From contig CACYHO010000001.1 of NCBI GenBank assembly GCA_902774285.1, forward strand, positions 202,077 to 266,076: DNA of 64,000 nucleotides, read 5' to 3'. The notes beneath the pieces were generated by a model that had not been told where the DNA came from, ran no database searches, and worked only from the letters and a program-made list of their open reading frames with translations. Shown piece after piece: positions 1 to 10,063 of this stretch; position 1 is the stretch's first letter, and the number at the start of each line of letters is the position of its first letter. The stretch comes from an uncultured Pseudomonadota bacterium (GTDB lineage: Bacteria > Pseudomonadota > Alphaproteobacteria > Rs-D84). The translations under genes were made by a program, and so were the position numbers.

Positions 1-580
1 TTTTTAATCTTAATAATTCAAAACCTGCATTTTTTAAAATATTTGATATGTGTGAATCGTTTTCTTGGTATTCACCATTATCCATTAAACGACCAGACGC
101 AATTTTTTCATTTCCACGTGTGACCAGACCGCCCAAAAAAGTCCCTGTTGTTAACACTATTGATTTAGCAGAATATTTTTTATTAACGGTTTTATTTTCC
201 AAATCTAAATCAAGAACAGATTCAAAAACAACATTAAGATTTGGTGTGTTTTTTAAAATATTCATTACGGCATTATGATAAAAATTACGATCAATTTGTG
301 CGCGCAATGCCTGGGTTGCGGCCCCATGCGATGCGTTCAATGTTCGCCAATGAATTCCGGCACTGTCTGCTGCGAATGGCATAACGCCACCAAATGTCGC
401 CATTTCAGCAACCATTTGTGATTTTCCCGGACCACCGATGGATGGATTGCAAGACATTGCACCAATATCACTTTCGCGCATTGTCAAAAGCAAGGTTTTT
501 GCACCACGACGGGCAGATGCCGCCGCGGCCTCGGTCCCGGCATGTCCACCACCAATAACAATTACATCGTAATTTTGCAT
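1..580 (-). CDS. mnmG: tRNA uridine 5-carboxymethylaminomethyl modification enzyme MnmG (GidA), N-terminal part; gene continues beyond window start
   Basis: Reverse translation from 580 reads MQNYDVIVIGGGHAGTEAAAASARRGAKTLLLT...MSCNPSIGGPGKSQMVAEMATFGG. This is the FAD-binding GGGHAG and SCNPxIGG motifs of MnmG. No stop before the window edge, so it is absent from the ORF track. Confidence 0.8.
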   Translation of the reverse strand, partial: MQNYDVIVIGGGHAGTEAAAASARRGAKTLLLTMRESDIGAMSCNPSIGGPGKSQMVAEMATFGGVMPFAADSAGIHWRTLNASHGAATQALRAQIDRNFYHNAVMNILKNTPNLNVVFESVLDLDLENKTVNKKYSAKSIVLTTGTFLGGLVTRGNEKIASGRLMDNGEYQENDSHISNILKNAGFELLRLK

Positions 581-584
581 TTAA

Positions 585-1310
585 TTAAAATCTTCCCATT
601 CCGCCGTTTACATGAATTGTTTGACCGTTTATATATGATGCTTCATCACTGGCCAAGAATACACAAGCGTTAGCTATATCGATTGGTTCGCCAAAACGAC
701 CTGCTGGTATTTGTTCCAAATATTTAGCTTTTAATTCTTCTGGTAAAACATCTGTCATAGGTGTTTTGATAAATCCAGGTGCAATAGAATTTGCGGTGAT
801 TCCACGTGATGCAACTTCGGCAGCGATAGATTTTGTCATTGCGATAATTCCACCCTTAGATGCCGCATAATTAGCCTGACCTGCCCCGCCAATTGTTCCG
901 ATGATAGATGCCATGTTTATAATACGGCCAAAACGCTGTTTCATCATCGGCATAATTGCAGCACGGCACATTTTAAATGTTGCGCGTAAATTAGTGTTCA
1001 AAACATTGTCGAATTGTTCATCACTCATACGCATCATTAACGTATCAGCAGTAATCCCAGCATTATTAATTAAAACATCAATGCGTCCTGCTTTTTCGAT
1101 AGTATCAGCAATTAATTTTTCAGCCGCACCGTCAGCTGCTAAATCAGATTGAATTTTTATAAAAGAATCATCAAATGCAGATAATTTTTCAAGATTACGC
1201 CCAGTCACAACAACTGTTGCCCCAGCAGCTTTCATTTGATTTGCGATTGCTCCGCCGATACCACCTGTGGCACCTGTGATTAAAACAACTTTGTCTTTTA
1301 ATTCGAACAT
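585..1310 (-). CDS. fabG: 3-oxoacyl-ACP reductase FabG (SDR family)
   Basis: TGATGGIG Rossmann motif and NYAASK catalytic YxxxK. 241 aa. Adjacent to fabD. Confidence 0.9.
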   Translation of the reverse strand: MFELKDKVVLITGATGGIGGAIANQMKAAGATVVVTGRNLEKLSAFDDSFIKIQSDLAADGAAEKLIADTIEKAGRIDVLINNAGITADTLMMRMSDEQFDNVLNTNLRATFKMCRAAIMPMMKQRFGRIINMASIIGTIGGAGQANYAASKGGIIAMTKSIAAEVASRGITANSIAPGFIKTPMTDVLPEELKAKYLEQIPAGRFGEPIDIANACVFLASDEASYINGQTIHVNGGMGRF

Positions 1311-1320
1311 ATTTGCATCC

Positions 1321-2205
1321 TTATTTATGTGCGTTAATTTTATCTGTTGTGCGTTTTGTCATACCAATCAGTGCTTCACCTGGTCCGATTTCTGTTAAAT
1401 CGTTTATCCCCAGATTTACCATTTCCAGAACGCTTTCGCGCCAACGAACACCATGTGTTATTTGATAAAGCAATGCGTTTTTGATTTCGTTTACATCTGT
1501 CATTGGTTGACATGTTTTATTTGAAATGATTGGGACAATCGGTGTTTTAATTTCAATTTCATCCAACGCCTTTTTCATAACGGCAACCACTGGTTCCATC
1601 AATCTTGAATGTGGCGGAACAGATAATGCCAATTTCATAGCACGTTTTGCGCCAGCTTCTTTGGCCAATTCCATTGCGCGTTCAATCGCGTTATTTGCAC
1701 CAGATATAACAATTTGTCCTGGACAATTATCGTTCGCGATATCGCATACACCACCAGTATCTTGTTCGGCCTTTTCGCAAACAGATTTCAAAGTATCAAA
1801 ATCAATACCAAGAATAACAGCCATTGCGCCCTGACCTGCTGGAACAGCATTTTGCATTGATTCGCCGCGCAAGCGAACAAGTTTGATTGCATCAGACAAT
1901 GATAATGCACCAGCGGCACAAAGGGCGGTATACTCACCCAAACTATGTCCAGCCATGTAATCCGGTTTTGGATAATTTCCAGCACGGAACATCGCAATCG
2001 AAGTTGCCAATATCGCAGGCTGAACATTTGCTGTCAGAGTCAAAGTTTCAATTGGACCATTGAAAATAATATCCGATAATTTTTCGCCAAGCACTGCGTC
2101 CATTTCATCAAATACAGCACGTGCATCAGCATTGTTTTGATACAAATCAAGTCCCATACCAACTGTTTGGGCACCTTGACCAGGAAAAACGTATATAGAC
2201 GACAT
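1321..2205 (-). CDS. fabD: malonyl-CoA:ACP transacylase
   Basis: FPGQGAQ and GHSLGEY active-site motifs. 294 aa. Confidence 0.9.
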   Translation of the reverse strand: MSSIYVFPGQGAQTVGMGLDLYQNNADARAVFDEMDAVLGEKLSDIIFNGPIETLTLTANVQPAILATSIAMFRAGNYPKPDYMAGHSLGEYTALCAAGALSLSDAIKLVRLRGESMQNAVPAGQGAMAVILGIDFDTLKSVCEKAEQDTGGVCDIANDNCPGQIVISGANNAIERAMELAKEAGAKRAMKLALSVPPHSRLMEPVVAVMKKALDEIEIKTPIVPIISNKTCQPMTDVNEIKNALLYQITHGVRWRESVLEMVNLGINDLTEIGPGEALIGMTKRTTDKINAHK

Positions 2206-2268
2206 ATTTGTCCTTTTGTTTTTATTTATTAAAATTATAGGAAATAAAAAGCAAAAATCAACTTATTA

Positions 2269-2814
2269 TCATTTGCGCATTGAAAATTCGCAACCGCAAT
2301 AATTTTGACGGTAAAAATCAGATTCGCGATTGATTTGATTACGTAAATCTTCATTCCATTTAATTGGTAAATATTTTATATCACCGCAAGATTGTTCCCC
2401 GGCATTATCAACCTGAGATTGATCTTTGTGACGTGATACACCGAATACAGAAGCAATAGTATTATATCCGTGTTCTTTAGCGTATTTTTGTGCATAACAA
2501 AAACGATAAGCAAAACATTTGCTGCAACGCATTCCTCGTTCTGGTTCGTTTTCAAGACCTTTTACAGATCTGCGCCAATCATCATGATTATAATCGCCAA
2601 TCACATATTTAACACCCAATTTTTCACAGTATTTTATTTGTTCGTTAAGGCGTTTTTGGTATTCGCTTTCTGGGAAAATATTAGGGTTAAAAAACATAAC
2701 GATGAAATCGTCTATGTCTTCTATTTCGCCATTCGCCAATTGCTTAATTGCACCACAAGAACATGGTGCACAGCATGACATTAAAATCAATTTATTACCG
2801 GACATTTTCATCAT
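2269..2814 (-). CDS. queH: epoxyqueuosine reductase QueH (DUF208 family)
   Basis: N-terminal LMSCCAPCS cysteine motif typical of QueH. 181 aa. True start may be M3 or M5. Confidence 0.7.
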   Translation of the reverse strand: MMKMSGNKLILMSCCAPCSCGAIKQLANGEIEDIDDFIVMFFNPNIFPESEYQKRLNEQIKYCEKLGVKYVIGDYNHDDWRRSVKGLENEPERGMRCSKCFAYRFCYAQKYAKEHGYNTIASVFGVSRHKDQSQVDNAGEQSCGDIKYLPIKWNEDLRNQINRESDFYRQNYCGCEFSMRK

Positions 2815-3121
2815 CTATTATGTATTTCATACGAAAAAATTTAACAGTGTCTTTTATAATTTTCATATGATCTCTTTTTATATAGAATTCATCTGTCATA
2901 AAACTGGCTACACGACAATATGAAATAGGTCCAACAATTTTTTCCAATTTTCGTGCAACAACACAAATATCACTTTTGTGTTTTATGTTTTCGCATTGTT
3001 CTTGATGTTTGCATATTTTACATGATATATACAAAAATGTATGCAAATCATCAAATGCACGCATTTCAACTTTATGAATTGTTGGCCCCATCATATAAGA
3101 TTTAAATCGTTCTTTTTCCAT
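2795..3121 (-). CDS. hypothetical small Cys-rich protein (108 aa)
   Basis: ORF upstream of queH on the same strand, overlapping its start by 20 nt. CKICKHQEQC plus 3 more Cys. Weak RBS. Not recognised. Confidence 0.3.
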   Translation of the reverse strand: MEKERFKSYMMGPTIHKVEMRAFDDLHTFLYISCKICKHQEQCENIKHKSDICVVARKLEKIVGPISYCRVASFMTDEFYIKRDHMKIIKDTVKFFRMKYIIDDENVR

Positions 3122-3140
3122 TTTTTATCTTTCGTGAAAT

Positions 3141-3160
3141 AAACGCCCAAAAGGGCGTAT
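3141..3160 (-). terminator. GC hairpin ACGCCC-aaaa-GGGCGT followed by U-run on minus strand, after tRNA-Val
   Basis: Perfect 6-bp stem with T-rich tract on the minus-strand 3' side. Confidence 0.35.
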
Positions 3161-3174
3161 ATACCTATTATCTC

Positions 3175-3251
3175 TGGTGGGTGGTATTGGGCTCGAACCA
3201 ACGACCTCCACGATGTCAACGTGACGCTCTAGCCAACTGAGCTAACCACCC
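3175..3251 (-). tRNA. tRNA-Val (anticodon GAC)
   Basis: Reverse complement GGGTGGTTAGCTCAGTTGGCTAGAGCGTCACGTTGACATCGTGGAGGTCGTTGGTTCGAGCCCAATACCACCCACCA. Cloverleaf with 7-bp acceptor, anticodon loop TTGACAT, TTCGAGC T-loop, encoded CCA. Confidence 0.85.
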
Positions 3252-3304
3252 AAAGCACACAGATTATAACAGTAAAATTCTGGAATGCAATAAAAAACCG
3301 GCTT

Positions 3305-4354
<1,050 letters not shown>

Positions 4355-4473
4355 TTATTCAATCCCTTGTCTTTGTTGTTCGCATTATAAAACAGGGTTT
4401 TAAAAAATCAAGTGCGCATAGCGAATTTTGCTTTTTTATTTGATTTTCTTTATATTCTGGTATAATTCGGGGC

Positions 4474-4800
4474 ATGAAAAGAAAAACTATACGTAATCAC
4501 AAAGATTTTATCGTATCGCATGATAACCCTGCGGCGATTAATTCGTATTTTTTAACAAAAGCGAAACCAATGGCAAAATCAGATGCAAGATATGGTATTA
4601 TCGCTTCAAAACGAATTTTCAAATTGGCCGTACAAAGAAATCGTGCCAAACGTTTGTTGCGTGATTGGATTGCGTATAACGAAGATTTAATGTTGCCAAA
4701 TTTAGATTATATTTTTATCGCCCGTGAAGCAATTTTAGATTGTTCGCGTGAAATAGGGCGTAATAAAATGGCAAGTGCTTTAAAGAAAATTTCAGAATGA
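4474..4800 (+). CDS. rnpA: ribonuclease P protein component
   Basis: Basic 108-aa protein ([13 protein letters not shown]) directly upstream of, and overlapping, yidD. This is the conserved rnpA-yidD arrangement. Confidence 0.75.
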   Translation: MKRKTIRNHKDFIVSHDNPAAINSYFLTKAKPMAKSDARYGIIASKRIFKLAVQRNRAKRLLRDWIAYNEDLMLPNLDYIFIAREAILDCSREIGRNKMASALKKISE

Positions 4801-5027
4801 AAAACGATTTTTTAACACGCACAGGCTGTCGCCTGGTCAGATTTTATCAAATATGTATATCACCCTTTATTGGTGGGCGCGCCGCTTGCCGCTTTGTGCC
4901 AACTTGCAGCGAATATACCAAACAGGCAATTGAAAAATATGGTTTAATTCGTGGAACTTGGATGGGTATGAAACGCATATCACGGTGCAGACCTGGTGGG
5001 GGATGCGGATACGATCCTGTTCCTTGA
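4797..5027 (+). CDS. yidD: membrane protein insertion efficiency factor YidD
   Basis: YQxxISPxxGxxCRFxPTCSEY motif. 76 aa. Confidence 0.8.
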   Translation: MKNDFLTRTGCRLVRFYQICISPFIGGRAACRFVPTCSEYTKQAIEKYGLIRGTWMGMKRISRCRPGGGCGYDPVP

Positions 5028-5087
5028 CATAAAAATACAATGTGGTAGAATTTAAATAATATGCATTAATAAAAAGGATTTATAATT

Positions 5088-5519
5088 ATGTCTTCTTTTA
5101 GGTCAACAGTTGAAAATATGTCTAAATTGATGGACGAAATGGGCATAACAGAATTAGATCTGGAACGTCAACTGTTATTGGGTTTATATCGTAAACATAT
5201 TCATTTATCTAAACAACAAGCTGTTGCTGCTGCGCCGGTTGGATTTGTACCGCAATCAAAAACAAATGGCGAAAATAAAATATCTGGCCATGCGTTAAAA
5301 TCACCAATGGTTGGGGTTGCGTATCTTGCGCCAGAACCAGGCGCAAAACCTTTTGTAAAAGTGGGTAGCGAAGTCAAGGCTGGTGATACTGTCGCTTTAG
5401 TCGAAGCCATGAAAACTTTCAATCCTATTAAATCTGATATTGATGGTGTTGTTAAAGAAATTTTGGTAACAGATGGTACGGCTGTTGAATTTGATACGCC
5501 TATTATTGTTATAGAATAA
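5088..5519 (+). CDS. accB: acetyl-CoA carboxylase biotin carboxyl carrier protein
   Basis: C-terminal lipoyl/biotinyl domain with EAMK biotinylation motif (VALVEAMKTFNPIKSD). Immediately upstream of accC. Confidence 0.8.
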   Translation: MSSFRSTVENMSKLMDEMGITELDLERQLLLGLYRKHIHLSKQQAVAAAPVGFVPQSKTNGENKISGHALKSPMVGVAYLAPEPGAKPFVKVGSEVKAGDTVALVEAMKTFNPIKSDIDGVVKEILVTDGTAVEFDTPIIVIE

Positions 5520-5523
5520 CGGG

Positions 5524-6900
5524 GTGGATATGCCACAAATTAAAAAAGTTTTAATCGCTAATCGTGGTGAAATTGCGTTGCGTGTTATTCGTGCGTGCCG
5601 TGATATGGGAATACGCACTGTCGCGGTTTATTCCACTGCAGATCGTGATGCGATGCATGTTAAATTGGCGGATGAATCAGTATGTATCGGGCCGGCACAA
5701 AGTAGCGAATCTTATTTAAATGAATCTGCAATATTAACTGCGGCATTGTTAACAAATGCTGATGCAATTCATCCGGGTTATGGTTTTTTATCTGAACGTG
5801 CTGACTTTGTGGACAAGGTTGAACAACATGGACTTGTCTGGATTGGGCCAAGCAGTGACATGATTCGTAAAATGGGTGATAAAGTTAACGCCAAACAAAC
5901 AGCTATTAAATGTGGTTTACCAATTGTCCCAGGATCAGAAGGCGCACTTCGTGATATAGAAGATGCATTGGTTTGGGCAGACAAAATTGGTTATCCTGTG
6001 ATGATAAAGGCTGCTGCTGGTGGTGGCGGTCGTGGTATGCGCGCAATAAATAATGCAAATGAATTACGTGAAGCTTTCCCAATTGTAAAAGCCGAATCAA
6101 AATCTGCATTTGGTGATGATACTCTTTACATGGAAAAATTATTGTTGCATCCACGTCATATTGAATTTCAGGTTTTGGGTGATAAACATGGCAATGTTGT
6201 AATCTTTGGTGAACGCGATTGTTCTTTGCAACGCAAAAATCAAAAGGTTATGGAAGAATGTCCTGCGGCCATATTAACGCAAAAGCAACGCGATGATATG
6301 ATTGAAATTTGTAAAACCGCGGCCAAGAAAATGAAATATACAAATGCCGGGACTTTTGAATTTATGTTCGAAGATGGCAAATTTTATTTTCTTGAAATGA
6401 ATACAAGATTGCAAGTTGAACATCCGGTAACAGAAATGGTTTACGGTGTTGATTTGGTCCGTGAACAAATTCGTATAGCGGCCGGTGAAAAATTGGGATA
6501 TACACAATCTAATCTGGTTGCTCATGGACATGCAATGGAATTTCGTATCAATGCTGAAGATCCAGAAACCTTTATTCCAAACCCTGGTAAGATTGAATTG
6601 TATGCGCCATCTGGTGGAATGGGGGTTCGTGTAGATAGTGCTGTTTATACAGGATACACCATACCGTCAACATACGATTCGATGATTGCAAAATTGATTG
6701 TTCATGCACAATCGAGACCGGCGTGTATTATGCGTGCAGAGCGTGCGTTAGATGAATTTGTAATCGAAGGGATCAAAACTACAATTCCATTACAGAAAAA
6801 GCTGTTGGAAAATTCGGATGTTCGCCAATTAAAAACAGATAATCATTGGTTGGAACATTTTTTGGAATCTGAAAAAGAAACAACAGAAGAAAAACAATAA
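5524..6900 (+). CDS. accC: acetyl-CoA carboxylase biotin carboxylase subunit
   Basis: KVLIANRGEIA, GYPVMIKAAAGGGGRGMR and EMNTRLQVEHPVTE motifs. 458 aa. Confidence 0.92.
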   Translation: MDMPQIKKVLIANRGEIALRVIRACRDMGIRTVAVYSTADRDAMHVKLADESVCIGPAQSSESYLNESAILTAALLTNADAIHPGYGFLSERADFVDKVEQHGLVWIGPSSDMIRKMGDKVNAKQTAIKCGLPIVPGSEGALRDIEDALVWADKIGYPVMIKAAAGGGGRGMRAINNANELREAFPIVKAESKSAFGDDTLYMEKLLLHPRHIEFQVLGDKHGNVVIFGERDCSLQRKNQKVMEECPAAILTQKQRDDMIEICKTAAKKMKYTNAGTFEFMFEDGKFYFLEMNTRLQVEHPVTEMVYGVDLVREQIRIAAGEKLGYTQSNLVAHGHAMEFRINAEDPETFIPNPGKIELYAPSGGMGVRVDSAVYTGYTIPSTYDSMIAKLIVHAQSRPACIMRAERALDEFVIEGIKTTIPLQKKLLENSDVRQLKTDNHWLEHFLESEKETTEEKQ

Positions 6901-6902
6901 AA

Positions 6903-6928
6903 AGACCGGCAAATGCCGGTGTTTTTTA
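6903..6928. terminator. bidirectional rho-independent terminator (CCGGCAAATGCCGG hairpin flanked by A-run and T-run) between convergent accC and ABC permease
   Basis: Perfect 5-bp GC stem, 4-nt loop, flanking poly-A and poly-T. Confidence 0.6.
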
Positions 6929-8143
6929 TTCGTACCTTAAACTGTCAATAGGGTTTAATTTGGCGGCTTTTATTGCCGGCATTACACCAGATGCCAATCC
7001 AACAACAATTGCAACAGAAACTGACAATATTACCGGCCATATTGAAAAAGGAACATTATAGTGCAATATCAATCGCCCTACCCCTTGCGATAAACCAACA
7101 CCCAATACCAAACCTATCATTGAACCGATAAAAGATATCATCACCGATTCTGACAAGAATTGAATTATTATCATACGTTCACGTGCACCGATTGCTTTGC
7201 GAACACCAATTTCACGTGTGCGTTCTGCAACTGATGTTAACATCATATTCATAATACCTATGGACCCAACCAGCAAAGATACGGCTGCAATCGCAATCAA
7301 TAATAATTTTAGATAACCTGTCACAGTGTCCATTGTTTCCATTATCTGTTTCATATCTGTAATTTGGAAATCGTCTTCATCGTCGTCTTTTAATCGGTGC
7401 CGTTGTCGCAAAAGAGAAGTGATTTGTTCAATAACAACATTGTTATCAGAATCATTATAGATTTTTAATGCGATCATTGTGACTGCATCTGGGAATTTTG
7501 AACCTTGTAATCTTTTTTTAAGGGTTGTTATTGGAATTATAATCATATCGTCTTGTGATCCAAATGCAGAATCACCACGGGCCCGCATCATACCTATAAC
7601 AACAAAAGGCATATGTTGAATGCGAATAATTTCGCCTACTGGATTTTCTGGTAATCCTAATTCAAATGCTGTATCTGGTCCGATAACGGCATATGTTGAT
7701 GCGTTTTTAACCGCATTTTCATCAAAAAATGTTCCGTATTCTATATCTATGTCTTGAATGGCCGCATAATCTGGCGATGTCCCTAAAAGCATTGTGGACC
7801 AATTTTTGTTTCCATATATAACCTGGGCATTTCCCATTTGTGCGGGTGCAACAAATGTGACATCGTTTAATCTTTTTATTTGTTCGCCATCTGTTAATGT
7901 CAAAGTTTGTCTGTTTCCCATTCGAACACCGCCGGTGCGCGCAGCGCCAGCACGAACAACAATAGTATTTGTTCCAAGTGATGAAAATTGATCTGTGATA
8001 GATTTTTGAACAGTTTCCCCAACGGCAACCATTATAACAACGGCCATAACACCAATAATAATTCCAAGGACGGTTAAGAAAGACCTTAACTTATTACCGC
8101 TTATTGATATCCAAGATTCTTTTAATATATCGCTGATTGTCAT
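6926..8143 (-). CDS. ABC transporter permease, FtsX/MacB-like (4 TM, large periplasmic domain)
   Basis: N-terminal TM helix, ~230-aa periplasmic domain, then C-terminal FtsX-type TM bundle. 405 aa. Operon with ABC ATPase, HlyD and TolC genes. Confidence 0.75.
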   Translation of the reverse strand: MTISDILKESWISISGNKLRSFLTVLGIIIGVMAVVIMVAVGETVQKSITDQFSSLGTNTIVVRAGAARTGGVRMGNRQTLTLTDGEQIKRLNDVTFVAPAQMGNAQVIYGNKNWSTMLLGTSPDYAAIQDIDIEYGTFFDENAVKNASTYAVIGPDTAFELGLPENPVGEIIRIQHMPFVVIGMMRARGDSAFGSQDDMIIIPITTLKKRLQGSKFPDAVTMIALKIYNDSDNNVVIEQITSLLRQRHRLKDDDEDDFQITDMKQIMETMDTVTGYLKLLLIAIAAVSLLVGSIGIMNMMLTSVAERTREIGVRKAIGARERMIIIQFLSESVMISFIGSMIGLVLGVGLSQGVGRLILHYNVPFSIWPVILSVSVAIVVGLASGVMPAIKAAKLNPIDSLRYE

Positions 8144-8886
8144 TTAGTGTGTCGTTTTTCTGAATTTAATAATGTTGTTTCGCTTTTGGGAACTGGACCA
8201 TCATAAGTTATGTGTCCATCGAAAATATGAATAATTCGTCGACCGTATTGTGCAATTTCAAATTCGTGTGTAATCATTATTATTGTTATGCCAATGTCTT
8301 TATTTAGTTTTTCGAAAAATTTTAAAATTTCATTTCCCATTTTTGAATCAAGTGAACCTGTTGGTTCGTCAGCCAATATTAATTTAGGATTACCAGCCAA
8401 AGCACGTGCAATTGCAACGCGTTGTTTCATACCACCTGATAATTGTGTTGGAAAATAAGTTTCAAATTTTTCAAGTCCAACAAGATGTAACATTTCACGT
8501 GCGCGCGATATTCTGTCTTTCATAACCCATCCGCGATACATTAATGGCATCATTACATTATCCAGAATAGTTCGTTTGGGCAGCAAATTAAAATTTTGAA
8601 AAACAAACCCGATATATTCATTGCGAATGGTTGCTAAATCATCTGGTGTCATAGTGCTTATATCTTTGCCGTATAATTCGTATGTACCACTTGTCGCACC
8701 GTCCAATGCACCAATAATATTCATACATGTTGATTTGCCAGAACCACTGGGCCCCATAATCGAAACAAATTCTCCACTTTTAATGGTAAAATTTATATCA
8801 AATAAAACCTGTTGTGTTCCGCCGATGCTTAAAGGAAAACTTTTGTTAATTTTATTCAATACAATGATATTTGTTTGGTTTTTCAT
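8140..8886 (-). CDS. ABC transporter ATP-binding protein (MacB/LolD-like)
   Basis: Walker A GPSGSGKST, signature LSGGMKQRVAIARAL, Walker B LILADEPTGSLD. Start chosen at MKNQTNII (ORF-track start 8949 would overlap the upstream gene). Confidence 0.85.
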   Translation of the reverse strand: MKNQTNIIVLNKINKSFPLSIGGTQQVLFDINFTIKSGEFVSIMGPSGSGKSTCMNIIGALDGATSGTYELYGKDISTMTPDDLATIRNEYIGFVFQNFNLLPKRTILDNVMMPLMYRGWVMKDRISRAREMLHLVGLEKFETYFPTQLSGGMKQRVAIARALAGNPKLILADEPTGSLDSKMGNEILKFFEKLNKDIGITIIMITHEFEIAQYGRRIIHIFDGHITYDGPVPKSETTLLNSEKRHTK

Positions 8887-8887
8887 T

Positions 8888-10063
8888 TTACATTCTTGGA
8901 CGCGGCATATCGCCTTTGTTTGTAGTTGTTTGACCAGTAAAACCAACAACGATTTTATCGTTTTCTTTTAAATCATCAGATATGATTTGGGTTTCTGTTG
9001 GTGTTGTTATTCCGCGTTTGTATGGAATAAAAATAATGTCTTTGCCGCGTTTTATTGCAAGGTGTGTTTTTGGTGTTATATCATCGCTTACATTATCAAT
9101 TATGTTTTTATAAGATCGTATCAAAAGACTTGAATTTTTTGTTTTCCATGCATCTTTTGCGTTTGCAACAACAACTGTCACAAATGCTGTCATACCGGGC
9201 ATTAATTTTAAATCAGAATTATCAACATCTATAACAACAGTGTAAACAACAACGTTTGAAACATTTGTTGGCGACAATCGTATTTGTTGAACGTGTCCTT
9301 TGAAAGTCATATTTGGATAAGCGTCCACTGTAAATGTTACGGGCATACCCTCTTTTATCATACCAATATCTGCTTCAGATACAGCGGTTTCAATTTGCAT
9401 TTTTGATAAATCTTCGGCAATTTCAAAAAGGTCAGGCGTTTGAAAAGATGCAGCAACAGTTTGCCCTTTGTCCACTTTTCTTGAAATAACAGTCCCATCA
9501 ACAGGTGAAGTAATTGTTGCATAACCAAGATTTGTTACAGCGCGTTCGTATGCATATTGTGCTTTATTCACAGCCTGCTCGGCTTGTTCATAAACTGTTT
9601 GTGATTTTTCCATTTCTGCACGCGAAATAAAACCGTCTTTATACAAAGATTGATTTCTGTTATATTCACTTTGTGCGTATTTTAATTCCGATTTCATAGA
9701 ATCAAGTGTAGCCAAAGATTCGTCTACGGTTGATTTTAAAACAGAAGGTTCAATGGTTAATAAAATATCGCCCTTTTTAACATGTGAATTATAATCAACA
9801 AAAATTTCTTCTATTGTCCCGGAAACTTGTGATCCGACATTAATAGTGTTTACAGGTTGAATTTCACCACTGGCAGTTACGCTTTGTGTTATGTCACCAC
9901 GTGTTATACCTATTGTTATAAATTCTTTCTTTTTAGATTTGGCAAATGGGCACAACCACCAACAAAGTAATATTAAAATTATGATTAATGCACCAATCCA
10001 CCATTTGTTGCGCCAAATATAATTCCATAATCTTTTTATAAAAGACGGTTTATCGTTTTCCAT
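8888..10063 (-). CDS. HlyD-family membrane fusion protein (periplasmic adaptor)
   Basis: N-terminal TM anchor (WWIGALIIILILLCWW), coiled-coil segment, then beta-barrel/lipoyl-like regions typical of RND/ABC adaptor subunits. 391 aa. Confidence 0.7.
   Translation of the reverse strand: MENDKPSFIKRLWNYIWRNKWWIGALIIILILLCWWLCPFAKSKKKEFITIGITRGDITQSVTASGEIQPVNTINVGSQVSGTIEEIFVDYNSHVKKGDILLTIEPSVLKSTVDESLATLDSMKSELKYAQSEYNRNQSLYKDGFISRAEMEKSQTVYEQAEQAVNKAQYAYERAVTNLGYATITSPVDGTVISRKVDKGQTVAASFQTPDLFEIAEDLSKMQIETAVSEADIGMIKEGMPVTFTVDAYPNMTFKGHVQQIRLSPTNVSNVVVYTVVIDVDNSDLKLMPGMTAFVTVVVANAKDAWKTKNSSLLIRSYKNIIDNVSDDITPKTHLAIKRGKDIIFIPYKRGITTPTETQIISDDLKENDKIVVGFTGQTTTNKGDMPRPRM

Noticed and set aside
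48-278. 76-aa plus-strand ORF at the window start
   Set aside because: Lies antisense inside the clearly coding mnmG N-terminus on the minus strand. No motif. Likely spurious.
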